A stretch of 64,000 nucleotides of DNA from an uncultured delta proteobacterium (GCA_903885795.1 CAISJV010000052.1:4592-68591), one strand, 5' to 3'; shown: positions 16,991 through 26,641, numbered from the stretch's first letter. The notes: a model not told the origin generated them from the sequence alone. Translations and numbers: made by a program.

Positions 16991-17116
16991 TTGGTAAAAC
17001 CACAAAACCGATGTTATCTACTCAACAGATGCACATTTCCAGAATTACCGAAAAAATGGCATCGCCATTTTTATAATCCGCTGAAGACGTGTTCTTGTTT
17101 TAACGAATGATTATGA

Positions 17117-18730
17117 GTGCATATGGTCATGATTAAAGCTTTTCTCCTCCTCTGCGCCGGGATAACCCTGTTCCTTTTCGGCATGATGAAGCTCAGCGCC
17201 GGGATACAGAGTCTTTTTACCGCCCGGATCAGGGATTACATCAAGTACGCCGTCCAGCGCCCTTTTTTCGGACTGCTCACGGGGGTGGCGGCAACGGTCC
17301 TCTTTCAGAGCAGCTCTGCAACTACGGTGATCGCTGTGGGGATGGTCAGCGCCGGACTGATCAGCTTTTATCATTCCCTGGCCATTGTTCTTGGCGCCGA
17401 CCTCGGAACGACTGTTATCGTCCAGCTCGTCGTCTGGAAGATTACCGACGCCTCGCCCCTGTTTATTATCATGGGCGGGATTCTCTGGTTTACTGGAAAG
17501 GAAAAGTGGCAGGGAATAGGTGAATCGATCTTCTATTTCGGTCTCCTTTTTTTTGGCTTGAACCTCGTGGGCACTGCAACATTGCCCTTGAAGAATCATC
17601 CGGAAATCGTGGGGTTTTTCCGTGACTCACAGCATCCCCTGACGGGGTTTGCCCTGTCCGTTCTCTTTACTGCCCTCGTGCATGCCTCGGCCATACCGAT
17701 CAGCATTCTCGCCATCCTCGCCCAGCAGGATCTCATCAGTCTCGAAAACGCCCTGCCCATGGTGATTGGGGCCAATGTCGGGACCACCGTCACGGCCCTC
17801 ATGGCCGGGATGGTATCCGGTATCGGCGGGAAGCGGGCCGCCGTCTCACATTTCTTCTTCAAGGCGGTGGGGGCCGTAATCTGTATGGCCGCGCTGCCTG
17901 CTCTGATGAATATGCTCAGGAACCTCTCGCCTAACGTAGCGCAGCAGATTGCCCTGGGACATTTACTCTTTAATCTCATCATCGTGATCCTGTTCTTTCC
18001 CTTTATCCGCAATGTTGCCCATCTTATTAAGAAAATTATCCCCGGCACGGAGGAGGTGCTGCCCCTCTGGCCGGAGTTCTTAAGAGAAGACGTCCTCGCA
18101 GAACCAGCGGCGGCCCTGGAAACCGTCGAGAAGGAATTGGCGCGTGAGATCCTGCTGGCGGAAAAAATGTTCGCCCTTGCTGCTCCCCTCCTGCATGCCT
18201 ACCACGAAGGCCGGAGAAGAGACGTCCTCTATATAGAGATGGTTGCCAATCATCTCCGTCACGAAATTGTCGAATATCTGAGGAAAATCTCCTTCAACGA
18301 GCTGACCGAAACCTTTTCCCAGAAGCTCTTTGCCTACACGGCCATGGCGGACGATATCGAACGGATGGGTAACCATATTGTCAGTTTCGTTGATCTTTCC
18401 CGGGAAAAATACTACCGGAAAATCGAGTTCACCAGGTCTGCCGAGGAGGAGTTAGGGGATATTGAGAAGCAGGTTGCCGCCAATATAGCCGATGCGGGGT
18501 CATTGATCCGGAAACAAGATGGGGACAGAACGGCGGATGTATACCGCCGGGAAAATGATATTGACAATGCCGTCAAGGAGGCGCGGGAAAAGCATTTGGT
18601 AAGGTTTCATAAACGCCTCTGTCCGGCTGAGGCCGGGCCGATTTTTATCGAGATGCTCATCCATCTGGAGCGGATCTCCGATCATTGCCAGAATATCGCC
18701 GAACATGTCGAAGACCTGCCGGTGAAATGA
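17117..18730 (+). CDS. Na+/phosphate cotransporter family protein with PhoU-like C-terminal domain
   Basis: ...GITLFLFGM..., ...LLTGVAATVLFQSSSATT..., the repeated ...GANVGTTVTA..., and a C-terminal helical ...ERISDHCQNIAE. Confidence 0.85.
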   Translation: MHMVMIKAFLLLCAGITLFLFGMMKLSAGIQSLFTARIRDYIKYAVQRPFFGLLTGVAATVLFQSSSATTVIAVGMVSAGLISFYHSLAIVLGADLGTTVIVQLVVWKITDASPLFIIMGGILWFTGKEKWQGIGESIFYFGLLFFGLNLVGTATLPLKNHPEIVGFFRDSQHPLTGFALSVLFTALVHASAIPISILAILAQQDLISLENALPMVIGANVGTTVTALMAGMVSGIGGKRAAVSHFFFKAVGAVICMAALPALMNMLRNLSPNVAQQIALGHLLFNLIIVILFFPFIRNVAHLIKKIIPGTEEVLPLWPEFLREDVLAEPAAALETVEKELAREILLAEKMFALAAPLLHAYHEGRRRDVLYIEMVANHLRHEIVEYLRKISFNELTETFSQKLFAYTAMADDIERMGNHIVSFVDLSREKYYRKIEFTRSAEEELGDIEKQVAANIADAGSLIRKQDGDRTADVYRRENDIDNAVKEAREKHLVRFHKRLCPAEAGPIFIEMLIHLERISDHCQNIAEHVEDLPVK

Positions 18731-18860
18731 AGCGACTTGACCTGTTCAAAGGAAAGATGCTATTTCACCCAACAGGATCGTGTCCCGGACAAATTGCAAG
18801 ATTAACGTATTTGCGAAAATTAACTACCCAACAGTAGATGCCCAATGAAAGGAGACAATA

Positions 18861-19379
18861 ATGAAAGATCGTTTGAACGCCCTCGATGTTGCCCTTAATA
18901 ACGAAATGAGAGAGCACGAGTTTTACCTGAAGAACGCGGAGCGGACAAAAAACCCCGTCGGCAAGGCCATGTTCCAGCAGATCGCCGCAGATGAACTGGA
19001 GCATTACGAACGGCTCAAGCAGCTTCACGAAAACTGGGCCAAAGACAAGAAGTGGCCCGATACGGTCCCCCTGAAGGTCAAGGAAACTATTGTTAAAGAT
19101 ATCCTGAAGGATGTCATTAAGAAGGCGGCCAACGCCCCGGCGGGGGACTCCGATGATCTGAAGGCCTTGGAGGAGGCCATTGATTTCGAGGGACAGGGGG
19201 CGACCTACTATGCCCGGCTTCGTGACGATGTTACAGATCCCAAGGAAAAGGCATTTTTTGAGCTATTGGCCAATATTGAGCATGAACACTACGTTTCCCT
19301 AAAAGATACGGAAGAATACATGAAGGATCCGGCCTCCTGGTATCGGAAGGCGGAGAGGTCGGGTCTCGACGGGGCATAA
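18861..19379 (+). CDS. Ferritin-like / rubrerythrin-family diiron protein (no rubredoxin domain)
   Basis: Two E..Ex2H-type motifs (...NEMREHEFY...DELEHYERL... and ...EGQGATYY...NIEHEHY...). AAAGGAG RBS. Confidence 0.7.
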   Translation: MKDRLNALDVALNNEMREHEFYLKNAERTKNPVGKAMFQQIAADELEHYERLKQLHENWAKDKKWPDTVPLKVKETIVKDILKDVIKKAANAPAGDSDDLKALEEAIDFEGQGATYYARLRDDVTDPKEKAFFELLANIEHEHYVSLKDTEEYMKDPASWYRKAERSGLDGA

Positions 19380-19387
19380 ACAAAGCT

Positions 19388-20794
19388 TTACAACCTTTTT
19401 ACCCGGAGCATATTAGTCTTTCCCGCGCCGGTAACGGGGTGCCCCACCGTCATGACCACCAAGTCGCCGGGGGCGACCGCTCCACTGCCCAAGGCCGCCA
19501 GGGCGGCCCGCTCGATCAGGTCATCTGTTCCCCGGGACGCCCTGATTTGTATGGGGAGGCAACCCCAAACCAGGGCCAGGCGGCGGAGAGTTTCCTCGTT
19601 GGGGGTGAGGGCCACGATCGGCTGACGGGGACGGAAACGGGAGATGTTCAGGGCGGTCAACCCCGACTGTGTATGGGCGACGATGGCCCGGGCATCCAGG
19701 TGATCGGCGAGGATGCAGGAGGCATGGGCCACCGAATCGGGGATATCCCGCCGGGGCGTCTTTTTCAGGTAGTCGTTATGGGGAAAGTTTCCCTCCGCCA
19801 CCAGGGAAAGTCTGTTCATGAACTGGACAGCCTCGACCGGGTACCGCCCCGAGGCTGTCTCTTCGGAGAGCATAATCGCATCGGCGCCATCGAGAATTGC
19901 ATTTACCACATCCGTCACCTCGGCCCGGGTAGGGCGGGGGGAGTCCACCATAGATCGCAACATCTGTGTGGCCGTAATGACTGGTTTCCCTGCGGTATTG
20001 GCCATGTGGATGAGTCTTTTCTGAACCAGGGGAACTTCTTCGAGGGGAATCTCAACGCCCAGATCCCCCCGGGCCACCATGATTCCGTCGGCAGCGGCGA
20101 CGATCTCTTCAATGTTCACCAGCGCCTCATGCCGCTCGATCTTGGCGATAATCAGTGTTTGTTTGCCCCGTTCCGCAATCAATTCACGGACCTCTCTTAT
20201 CTCCTCGGCACTTTTCACGAAGGACAGGGCCACATAATCCACCCCGGCTTCCAGGCCAAAAAGAAGATCCACCCGGTCCTTCGCCGTAAAGGCAGGCGCC
20301 CGGATCGTCCCCGTGGGGAGGTTGATCCCTTTGTGAGAGGTGAGGAGGCCGCCGGTAATGACGGTACAGGTAATATCCGTGCCATCCGTTTCTTCCACAA
20401 CCAGTTCCATTAGTCCGTCCGCTAACATGATTCGGTCCCCTTTGTGTACCTCCCGGGCCAGTTCGGGGTAGGTCACGGAGACCTCTTCACCGCCCTGGGC
20501 AACGGAACGAGCGGTAAGGGTGAACGAACGCCCTGCCTCCAGGCGGATTCCCGGCTCGGGAACTGCACCGACACGGATCTTTGGCCCCGCCAGATCCTGA
20601 AGGATGGCCACCGTCCGTCCCTGCCGGCGGGCTGCGGCGCGAATCCGGCGGATGAGGGTTTTATGTTCCCCGTGCGTACCGTGGGAAAAGTTCAGGCGGG
20701 CCACATCCATTCCGGCGGTAATCAGGGCGTCCAGTACCTTGGGAGCCGCGCTCGTCGGCCCGATGGTGGCAATTATCTTCGTGCGACGCATCAT
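19388..20794 (-). CDS. pyk: Pyruvate kinase
   Basis: MRRTKIIATIGPTS..., ...ARLNFSHG..., ...MVARGDLGVEIP..., ...TQMLRSM... Confidence 0.95.
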   Translation of the reverse strand: MMRRTKIIATIGPTSAAPKVLDALITAGMDVARLNFSHGTHGEHKTLIRRIRAAARRQGRTVAILQDLAGPKIRVGAVPEPGIRLEAGRSFTLTARSVAQGGEEVSVTYPELAREVHKGDRIMLADGLMELVVEETDGTDITCTVITGGLLTSHKGINLPTGTIRAPAFTAKDRVDLLFGLEAGVDYVALSFVKSAEEIREVRELIAERGKQTLIIAKIERHEALVNIEEIVAAADGIMVARGDLGVEIPLEEVPLVQKRLIHMANTAGKPVITATQMLRSMVDSPRPTRAEVTDVVNAILDGADAIMLSEETASGRYPVEAVQFMNRLSLVAEGNFPHNDYLKKTPRRDIPDSVAHASCILADHLDARAIVAHTQSGLTALNISRFRPRQPIVALTPNEETLRRLALVWGCLPIQIRASRGTDDLIERAALAALGSGAVAPGDLVVMTVGHPVTGAGKTNMLRVKRL

Positions 20795-20818
20795 TTGTAA
20801 TACCTGTAAGTAAAGGAT

Positions 20819-21637
20819 TTACCGCGGCAAGTTTGCCGTCAGATAATCAAGGGTCATGGGAAGATCTAATTTGAGTCGCTGGATGAACTGGATGCCGATC
20901 TGTACGCGTTCAGTCCGACATTCATGGAGATGACCGCCGTACTTGCGATCGTTCGTGAGAAAATGCAGATGAAAGCCGGGGAAATTAAGGGCGCGGATAA
21001 ATTTCGGTGTATAAAAACCGGCTAAAACGCCGTTGATGTTTTCGTATTCGAAGACGGGACGGTTTTTTTCGTCTTCCACAAGGGGTTGATAATTATCCTG
21101 CCTGGCGACAGACCAGACCTTCACTTGCTTGAACAAGCCGTCGATGCGAATCGCATAGAGCATGTTATCCGAGGGAAGCAGGCGATTTAGAATGGCATTG
21201 AAAGCATTGAAATCGAGAGTCCCCTCTATTTCTTCCACAACAGAAGGGCTATAGAAGGTCACACATGCAAAGGGGGTCTGAACCTGATCATCCACGGGAT
21301 AAGTCTTTCCGTCGGCGTGCAATTGATAGATGACGCTATCCAGCATAACCATTTCCCCATCCAGATTATTGAAGGTGCCCAGACCGAAATCACCATGCTT
21401 CCTCAAATCCCCGAGAGTAGTGCTTTCTTCGTAAAAACCCTTCAGCATGGCATTAACCGGCGCGGAGAGATAGACCGAATTTGTGCCCCGCTCATCTTTC
21501 AAATACTGAACCAGGGCTTTTTCGGTGAGTTGGGAAAGGGAGTGGCCTGATTGCCGGGCAACGTTAAGAAGATCTCCGGCTAGGGGCCGAGGGATTGAAA
21601 TATTCAGATTTTCATAGTTATTGCGACGATCCGGCAT
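20819..21637 (-). CDS. Alpha-acetolactate decarboxylase with N-terminal ribbon-helix-helix-like extension
   Basis: ...HGDFGLGTFNNLDGEMVML..., ...MLYAIRIDGLFKQVK..., ...GFHLHFLT.D...GGH are ALDC blocks. The N-terminal ~45 aa (LNISIPRPLAGDLLNVARQSGHSLSQLTEKALVQYLKD) has a CopG/Arc-like beta-alpha-alpha pattern. GGGGAGGGA RBS. Confidence 0.85.
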   Translation of the reverse strand: MPDRRNNYENLNISIPRPLAGDLLNVARQSGHSLSQLTEKALVQYLKDERGTNSVYLSAPVNAMLKGFYEESTTLGDLRKHGDFGLGTFNNLDGEMVMLDSVIYQLHADGKTYPVDDQVQTPFACVTFYSPSVVEEIEGTLDFNAFNAILNRLLPSDNMLYAIRIDGLFKQVKVWSVARQDNYQPLVEDEKNRPVFEYENINGVLAGFYTPKFIRALNFPGFHLHFLTNDRKYGGHLHECRTERVQIGIQFIQRLKLDLPMTLDYLTANLPR

Positions 21638-21683
21638 GATTTCCCTCCCCTTGACCCGAGCTGAATACAAAATCCGGTTGATG

Positions 21684-23696
21684 TCAAGATAATATATTAT
21701 CTTCCATGGCCATCGTCAGTTCGTGCCAACGGTCGTAGGACTGTTCGATTTCTTTCTCCAGATCTTTGAGGTCCCGGTGGATTTGCTTGATTCTCTCCGG
21801 GTCCCGGTGGCTGAGGGGATCGCAGAGAAACGATTCACCTTCCGCCTTCCTGCCTTCCAGGGCGGCAATGCTCTTTTCTATGGCATGTAGTTCTTTTTTC
21901 AGTCCCTGATTGATCCTGGCCAGGCGATTGCGCTCTTCCGCATCCCGGCGCTTGTCTTCCCTGGTCTTATATGCACTTTTCCCTTCGGACAGGATGGCAT
22001 CCGGTGAGGGTCCGTTCTGCCCTGCCGCTGCCCTTCTCTCCTCTGCCAATGATTGCCGCTTCTCGATAAAATAGGAATAATTGCCCGGATATTCAATACA
22101 TTCGCCGTCCTTCAGTTCAAAGACGCGATTGACGAGGTGGTCAAGGAAATAACGGTCATGGGATACGAGGACGACGGTTCCCTGGTAGGAAATCAAGGCT
22201 TTCTGAAAAATATCTTTGGTTTTGAAATCCAGGTGATTGGTAGGTTCGTCGAGGATTAAGAGGTTTGTCTCCTGAAGCAGGATCTTAAGCAGGGCCAGCC
22301 GCGACTTTTCCCCTCCCGAGAGGACGGATACGGGTTTGTGAATGTCATCGCCGGAAAAGAGAAAGGCCCCGAGGAGGTTGCGTCTTTCCCGATCATTGCT
22401 CCGGGAGACGACCTCCATCGTTTCTTCCCATACCGTCCGTTCATAACGAAGATTTTCCGCGCTTTCTTGGGAAAAGAAGGCCATGTGCACATTGAGACCG
22501 GAGCGGATTTCCCCTGCCGAAGGCGCCTCCACGTGGCCGAGAATCCGTGACAGCGTCGATTTACCCGATCCGTTGACGCCGACAAGGGCTACCCGCTCTC
22601 CCCGCTGGAGAGAGAAGCTGACCTCCCGGAAAATCTCCTGGGCTCCGTAAGATTTGGCAAGCTTACTGACCAGTAGGACCTCTTTGCCGCTTTTCGGCCC
22701 GGTGGGGAAACGGATCTTAACCGTTTTACCATGTCCTTCGGCCTGGAGGGGGGCAAATTTTTCAAGCATCCGGATTCGGCTCTGAACCTGTTTGGCTTTG
22801 GTGGCCTTGAAGCGGAACCTTTCAATGAATTCCTCGGTCTTTTTGATCTCCCCCTGCTGGAGGAGCCGTTCTTTTTCCAAAGCGGCAAGGCGCTTTTCCT
22901 TCTCCAAGAGATAATAGGAGTAGTTTCCTTTGTACAGAGCCAAACGACCCTGGGAAATTTCCGCAATGGTTGTCGCCATCTTGTCAAGGAAAAAGCGATC
23001 GTGGGCGACGGTGATCAGGGTCCCGGGATAGTCTTTCAAATAGCTTTCCAGCCACTCCATGCTTTCCGTATCGAGATGGTTCGTCGGTTCATCAAGGAGC
23101 ATGATGTCGGGTTGAGACAGGAGAATGACGGCCAGGAGAATGCGCATCTTCCATCCTCCGGAAAACTCATCGCACTGTTTGAGGAAATCGTGTTCCCCGA
23201 ATCCGAACCCCTTGAGAACCTGTTTGGCCCTCGCCTCAAAGGCGTATCCCTCCTTTGCCTGATAGACGGCAACGATCCGGTCATATTCCCGCAGGAGTTT
23301 TTCGCGTCTCCCTCCGATCTCTGATAGCTCTTCCCCTTCCTTTTCCTCATCCGGGGGGCCGTCCGGCAGCGCGGCGATGAGTTTTTCGCAATCGCACATC
23401 CCCGTTTCCAAAGCGGTCAGACCACAACGGTTTTTCAGATATTCCATGAGGGGAACAGGTTCGATTTCCACGAGATCCTGGGGAAGATAGGCGATGGTCC
23501 TGTTTTTCCGGTCCGGGATATCGATCGCCCCCCCGTCCAGCTCCACCAGGCCGAGGATTGCCTTCAAGAGGGTGGTCTTCCCGGCGCCGTTGTCGCCCAC
23601 CAGACCAATCCGGCTCCGTTCCGTAATTGGCCAGGTCCAGTCCTCAAAGAGGGTCCTCTCACCGAAGGCCAGGCTGATATTTCTCAGATAGATCAA
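21684..23696 (-). CDS. ABC-F family ATPase (two ABC domains, C-terminal coiled coil)
   Basis: Two Walker A motifs (GDNGAGKTT, GVNGSGKST), two LSGG signatures and a charged C-terminal helix. I prefer the TTG start at 23696 with GAGGAG upstream. The ORF-track extension to 23840 reads through repeat C. Confidence 0.85.
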   Translation of the reverse strand: MIYLRNISLAFGERTLFEDWTWPITERSRIGLVGDNGAGKTTLLKAILGLVELDGGAIDIPDRKNRTIAYLPQDLVEIEPVPLMEYLKNRCGLTALETGMCDCEKLIAALPDGPPDEEKEGEELSEIGGRREKLLREYDRIVAVYQAKEGYAFEARAKQVLKGFGFGEHDFLKQCDEFSGGWKMRILLAVILLSQPDIMLLDEPTNHLDTESMEWLESYLKDYPGTLITVAHDRFFLDKMATTIAEISQGRLALYKGNYSYYLLEKEKRLAALEKERLLQQGEIKKTEEFIERFRFKATKAKQVQSRIRMLEKFAPLQAEGHGKTVKIRFPTGPKSGKEVLLVSKLAKSYGAQEIFREVSFSLQRGERVALVGVNGSGKSTLSRILGHVEAPSAGEIRSGLNVHMAFFSQESAENLRYERTVWEETMEVVSRSNDRERRNLLGAFLFSGDDIHKPVSVLSGGEKSRLALLKILLQETNLLILDEPTNHLDFKTKDIFQKALISYQGTVVLVSHDRYFLDHLVNRVFELKDGECIEYPGNYSYFIEKRQSLAEERRAAAGQNGPSPDAILSEGKSAYKTREDKRRDAEERNRLARINQGLKKELHAIEKSIAALEGRKAEGESFLCDPLSHRDPERIKQIHRDLKDLEKEIEQSYDRWHELTMAMEDNILS

Positions 23697-23771
23697 AGCC
23701 AGTTGCTCCTCATAAAACGTCCTGTGTAAAATTGCCGATCGTATACAATGATTATCTCCCCCTGACAAGTT

Positions 23772-23860
23772 ATTCCAATCCTTAATCAAAGCACTATCGT
23801 CGTTGGCATCGTCATCGGCTCCTCGCCGTCTTGATATCATCTTTGATTAAGAACCGGAAT
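23772..23860. repeat. 89-bp palindromic hairpin element C (short homolog of element B)
   Basis: The arms attccaatccttaatcaaag / ctttgattaagaaccggaat pair at 17/20. The core cactatcgtcgttggcatcgtcatcggctcctcg aligns to element B, and the central hairpin is deleted. Confidence 0.85.
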
Positions 23861-23896
23861 TATGAATCCGGGCGTGGACGGAACTGCAAATTCACA

Positions 23897-23925
23897 TTGA
23901 CACCCCGCCTTTCGTTGTTTAAGAT
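23897..23925 (+). promoter_or_regulatory. Sigma70-like promoter for the substrate-binding protein gene
   Basis: TTGACA-17 nt-TAAGAT, about 45 nt upstream of the ATG at 23971. Confidence 0.4.
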
Positions 23926-23970
23926 GCCTCAGATTTCACATCCACCAATATGATTGAAGGAGAACAGCTT

Positions 23971-24771
23971 ATGAAGAGATCGTTTGTCAGTTTATGCATC
24001 ACCTTTATGCTCATCCTGTGCTTTGCCGCCACGGCCTCGGCAGGTCCCACCATCGATAAGATCTTGAAAAACAAAGAACTTGTCATTGGCACCTCTGCCT
24101 CTTACCCGCCCCTGTCGTACAAGACTAAAAACGGTACGGTGTTAGGTCTTGACATCGATTTGGCTTCGGCTATGGCCTCGGCTATGGGGGTCAAGCTGCG
24201 GATAGAAGTCATTCCCTTTGATGAGCTTATTCCCGCCCTTGAAAAAGGGAAAATCGACATGATCCTGTCCTGCATGACCATTACCCCGGACCGTAACCTC
24301 CGCATCGCCTATGTGGGTCCTTACTTCCTTTCCGGTCAGGCTATCCTGACAACCAAGGAAATTGCCTTAAACATAAACGGTCCGGCGGATGTAAACAATC
24401 CGAATTTCAGCATCGCCGTGCCCCGGGGAACGACGACGGAGCGAATTGCCAAGAAATTGCTTCCCTTGGCAAAGCTGGTGGTTGTCAAATCCAACGATGA
24501 GGCGCTGGATCTCCTGAAATCAAAGTCCGTCAAGGCCATGATGTCGGATTATCCCTATGTTGTGGTCGAGGCCTTCCGTTACAAAGAAAAGGGTTTTGTC
24601 GCTAATCAGCCTTTCAGCGCCGAACCCATAGGCATCGGCGTACGCCAGGACGACCCCCTCCTGGCTAACTGGATTGGGAATTTTCTGAACATGCTCAAAG
24701 GCGACGGGCTCCTCAACCTCCTCACCCAGCGCTGGGTCAACGATTCCTCATGGATCGCCGATCTTCCCTAG
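23971..24771 (+). CDS. Amino-acid ABC transporter substrate-binding protein (family 3 SBP)
   Basis: Signal peptide MKRSFVSLCITFMLILCFAATASA. ...LVIGTSASYPPLSY..., ...GLDIDLA..., ...IDMILSCMTITPDR... GAAGGAG RBS. Confidence 0.85.
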   Translation: MKRSFVSLCITFMLILCFAATASAGPTIDKILKNKELVIGTSASYPPLSYKTKNGTVLGLDIDLASAMASAMGVKLRIEVIPFDELIPALEKGKIDMILSCMTITPDRNLRIAYVGPYFLSGQAILTTKEIALNINGPADVNNPNFSIAVPRGTTTERIAKKLLPLAKLVVVKSNDEALDLLKSKSVKAMMSDYPYVVVEAFRYKEKGFVANQPFSAEPIGIGVRQDDPLLANWIGNFLNMLKGDGLLNLLTQRWVNDSSWIADLP

Positions 24772-24818
24772 AATTGATTTGTAAAGCAGATTTTGACGCG
24801 GATGGGATAAACATTTTT

Positions 24819-24867
24819 CCATCCCTCTCATTCCCTTCCCCTTGGGGAGAGGGAATGAGGGGGATGG
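24819..24867. repeat. CCATCCC REP-like long hairpin (copy E3)
   Basis: ccatccctctcattcccttccccttggggagagggaatgagggggatgg forms a ~20-bp near-perfect stem. Confidence 0.8.
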
Positions 24868-24934
24868 GGTAATATGACGAAGCATAAGTAATCCTTAATG
24901 AAAGCGGGCCAATATTTCATTGCGGGGGGCGTCC

Positions 24935-25333
24935 ATGAAAAAACGAGCAATTACCACCCGCGGTGTTCCGGCCATTGGACCCTATTCATCCGCCGTTGTA
25001 GCGGGGCCTTTTGTCTTTGTCTCCGGACAGATTCCCCTTGTGGCGGAAACAGGACAGCTTGTTGACGGCGATATTCGGGCTGCGACCGAACAGGCCATGA
25101 AGAACATGGAAACCGTCTTGGCATCGGCAGGTCTAACGATGGAACACGTAGTTAAAACAACGATTTATCTTGCAGACATGGCCGATTTCCCCGCTGTGAA
25201 TGAGGTCTATGGCCGCTATTTCAAGACTGATTTCCCGGCTCGGGCCACCGTCCAGGTCGCCGCCCTGCCCCGGGGGGCAAAGATCGAAATCGACGCCATC
25301 GCCTTTAAAGTTCGATGTCCGATGGGATCCTGA
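24935..25333 (+). CDS. ridA: RidA/YjgF family reactive enamine/imine deaminase
   Basis: ...AIGPYSSAV..., ...FVSGQIPL..., ...TIYLADMADF..VNEVY..YF....PARATVQVAALPRGAKIEIDAIA. Confidence 0.9.
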   Translation: MKKRAITTRGVPAIGPYSSAVVAGPFVFVSGQIPLVAETGQLVDGDIRAATEQAMKNMETVLASAGLTMEHVVKTTIYLADMADFPAVNEVYGRYFKTDFPARATVQVAALPRGAKIEIDAIAFKVRCPMGS

Positions 25334-25338
25334 AGATA

Positions 25339-25626
25339 ATGCGGATTTGTTTCAACTGTGGGCAGGGCATCAACGTAGCGGGAAAGATAGGCCGAAGAGA
25401 GGTCTGCTCCGGCTGTGGAAAGGGTCCCCATGTCTGCCGGAACTGCCACTTCTACGACCCCCAAGCATACAATGCCTGTCATGAACCCCAGGCGGAAAGG
25501 GTGCTCGACAAGGACCGGAGTAACTTCTGTGAGTATTTTTCCTTCCGGGATGACGCACTGCCGGAGATGGGTCGGCCTCCAGTCGTGCCTTCGGCAAAAG
25601 AAAAGCTGTCGGCACTGTTCAAATAG
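25339..25626 (+). CDS. Cys-rich zinc-ribbon protein of unknown function
   Basis: MRICFNCGQ...CSGCGKGPHVCRNCHFYDP..YNACHEP... The start is uncertain; the ATG at 25315 would overlap ridA by 19 nt. Confidence 0.55.
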   Translation: MRICFNCGQGINVAGKIGRREVCSGCGKGPHVCRNCHFYDPQAYNACHEPQAERVLDKDRSNFCEYFSFRDDALPEMGRPPVVPSAKEKLSALFK

Positions 25627-26353
25627 TGGTTTCCGGCAGGGGCTGGACCCACTTTTTCTTGTCTCCATCATAGAACCACTTGTCCGTGAAGCCGCGACGC
25701 CTGATGAAGGTGGGGTTCCTTGACCAGGAAATCATATCCTCGTATGCCTGATGAAGTTTTCTGAATATTTCTGAGTCTCCCCCTACATCGGGATGATGGA
25801 CCTTGGCCTGCTGGCGAAAGGAGTTCTTGATGAGCTGTTTCAGCGCCGGGGAAAAGAGATCGGAACGTTCGAGGTTCAGAATCAGGAGCGTCGTTTTTTT
25901 TACGGAAGAAAAAGTGGTAATAATCGGTTTGACTGATGTGAGGGGCTTGTAATTGCGCACCGCTTGCTCCAGGACGTGTTGTGAAGCCAGAAAGCGCTTG
26001 TTGGTTCTCCTCTTTTCCGCCCACCACCGCTCACCCAGGATGTCGGCCATGCGGCTGAAATCGTCGGCCGGTTTTTTACCCGGCGAGCGAGGATACAGAA
26101 AGCTGAATATCTCCGAGGACCCATAGGGCAGAATATCCATCATGATCAGGGTTTCGGAGAAGGAAAAGGTTCCGCAACGGGTATTCAGCACCTCAACGAG
26201 GCCCATCCGGGCGTCGAGTCTCAAGCGGAGCTTCTGGCGGCATTCCACTGAACAATAGCGACGTCTTCCCATATTTTCCGTGGTTCCGCAGGACAGACAG
26301 CGGTATCTGATCCTTTTGTGTTCGTGGGGAATGAGGGCGGTTGCTTCGATCAT
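25619..26353 (-). CDS. Zinc-ribbon / J-domain (DnaJ-like) protein
   Basis: N-terminal YRCLSCG...YCSVEC. C-terminal J-domain core ...FRQQAKVHHPDVGGDSEIFRKLHQAYEDM.. with the HPD motif. Confidence 0.7.
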   Translation of the reverse strand: MIEATALIPHEHKRIRYRCLSCGTTENMGRRRYCSVECRQKLRLRLDARMGLVEVLNTRCGTFSFSETLIMMDILPYGSSEIFSFLYPRSPGKKPADDFSRMADILGERWWAEKRRTNKRFLASQHVLEQAVRNYKPLTSVKPIITTFSSVKKTTLLILNLERSDLFSPALKQLIKNSFRQQAKVHHPDVGGDSEIFRKLHQAYEDMISWSRNPTFIRRRGFTDKWFYDGDKKKWVQPLPETTI

Positions 26354-26641
26354 CTGCTCATCGTATCACAAATCAGCCTTCCTTCAACCAGCGAATGATT
26401 CTGGTCGTCAGACTGGCGTATATTTTTCTTGACGGGACAAATAGCAGTGGATATCAAACACTTATCCTTATCAGGGAGGATTGCCTTCTTATTCATGATC
26501 GCTCTTTTAGGTGTTTTTTTATTGCCAAGGTTTATGCCCCAAGGATTGCCGACTGTCAACAGGAAAGCTTTGTTAAAAAGAAGAAATGTGATAGATTGAG
26601 AGCCAGTTTCAAGTCTTGGGAAAGGGGGGCTCAATAATAAT

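Noticed and set aside
17051-17073. Small hairpin AAATGGC-atc-GCCATTT after the RumA-like gene as an intrinsic terminator
   Set aside because: The stem has only 4 G/C-containing pairs and is mostly A-T. It is too weak to call with confidence, though the flanking A/T runs are compatible.
23697-23840. 48-aa N-terminal extension of the ABC-F ORF
   Set aside because: It is the translation of palindromic repeat element C. A TTG with a GAGGAG SD at 23696 directly precedes the conserved IYLRNISLAFG N-terminus.
26341-26637. 98-aa (plus) and 94-aa (minus) ORFs in the divergent intergenic region
   Set aside because: They mirror each other across an A+T-rich promoter region, with no SD and no recognisable features.
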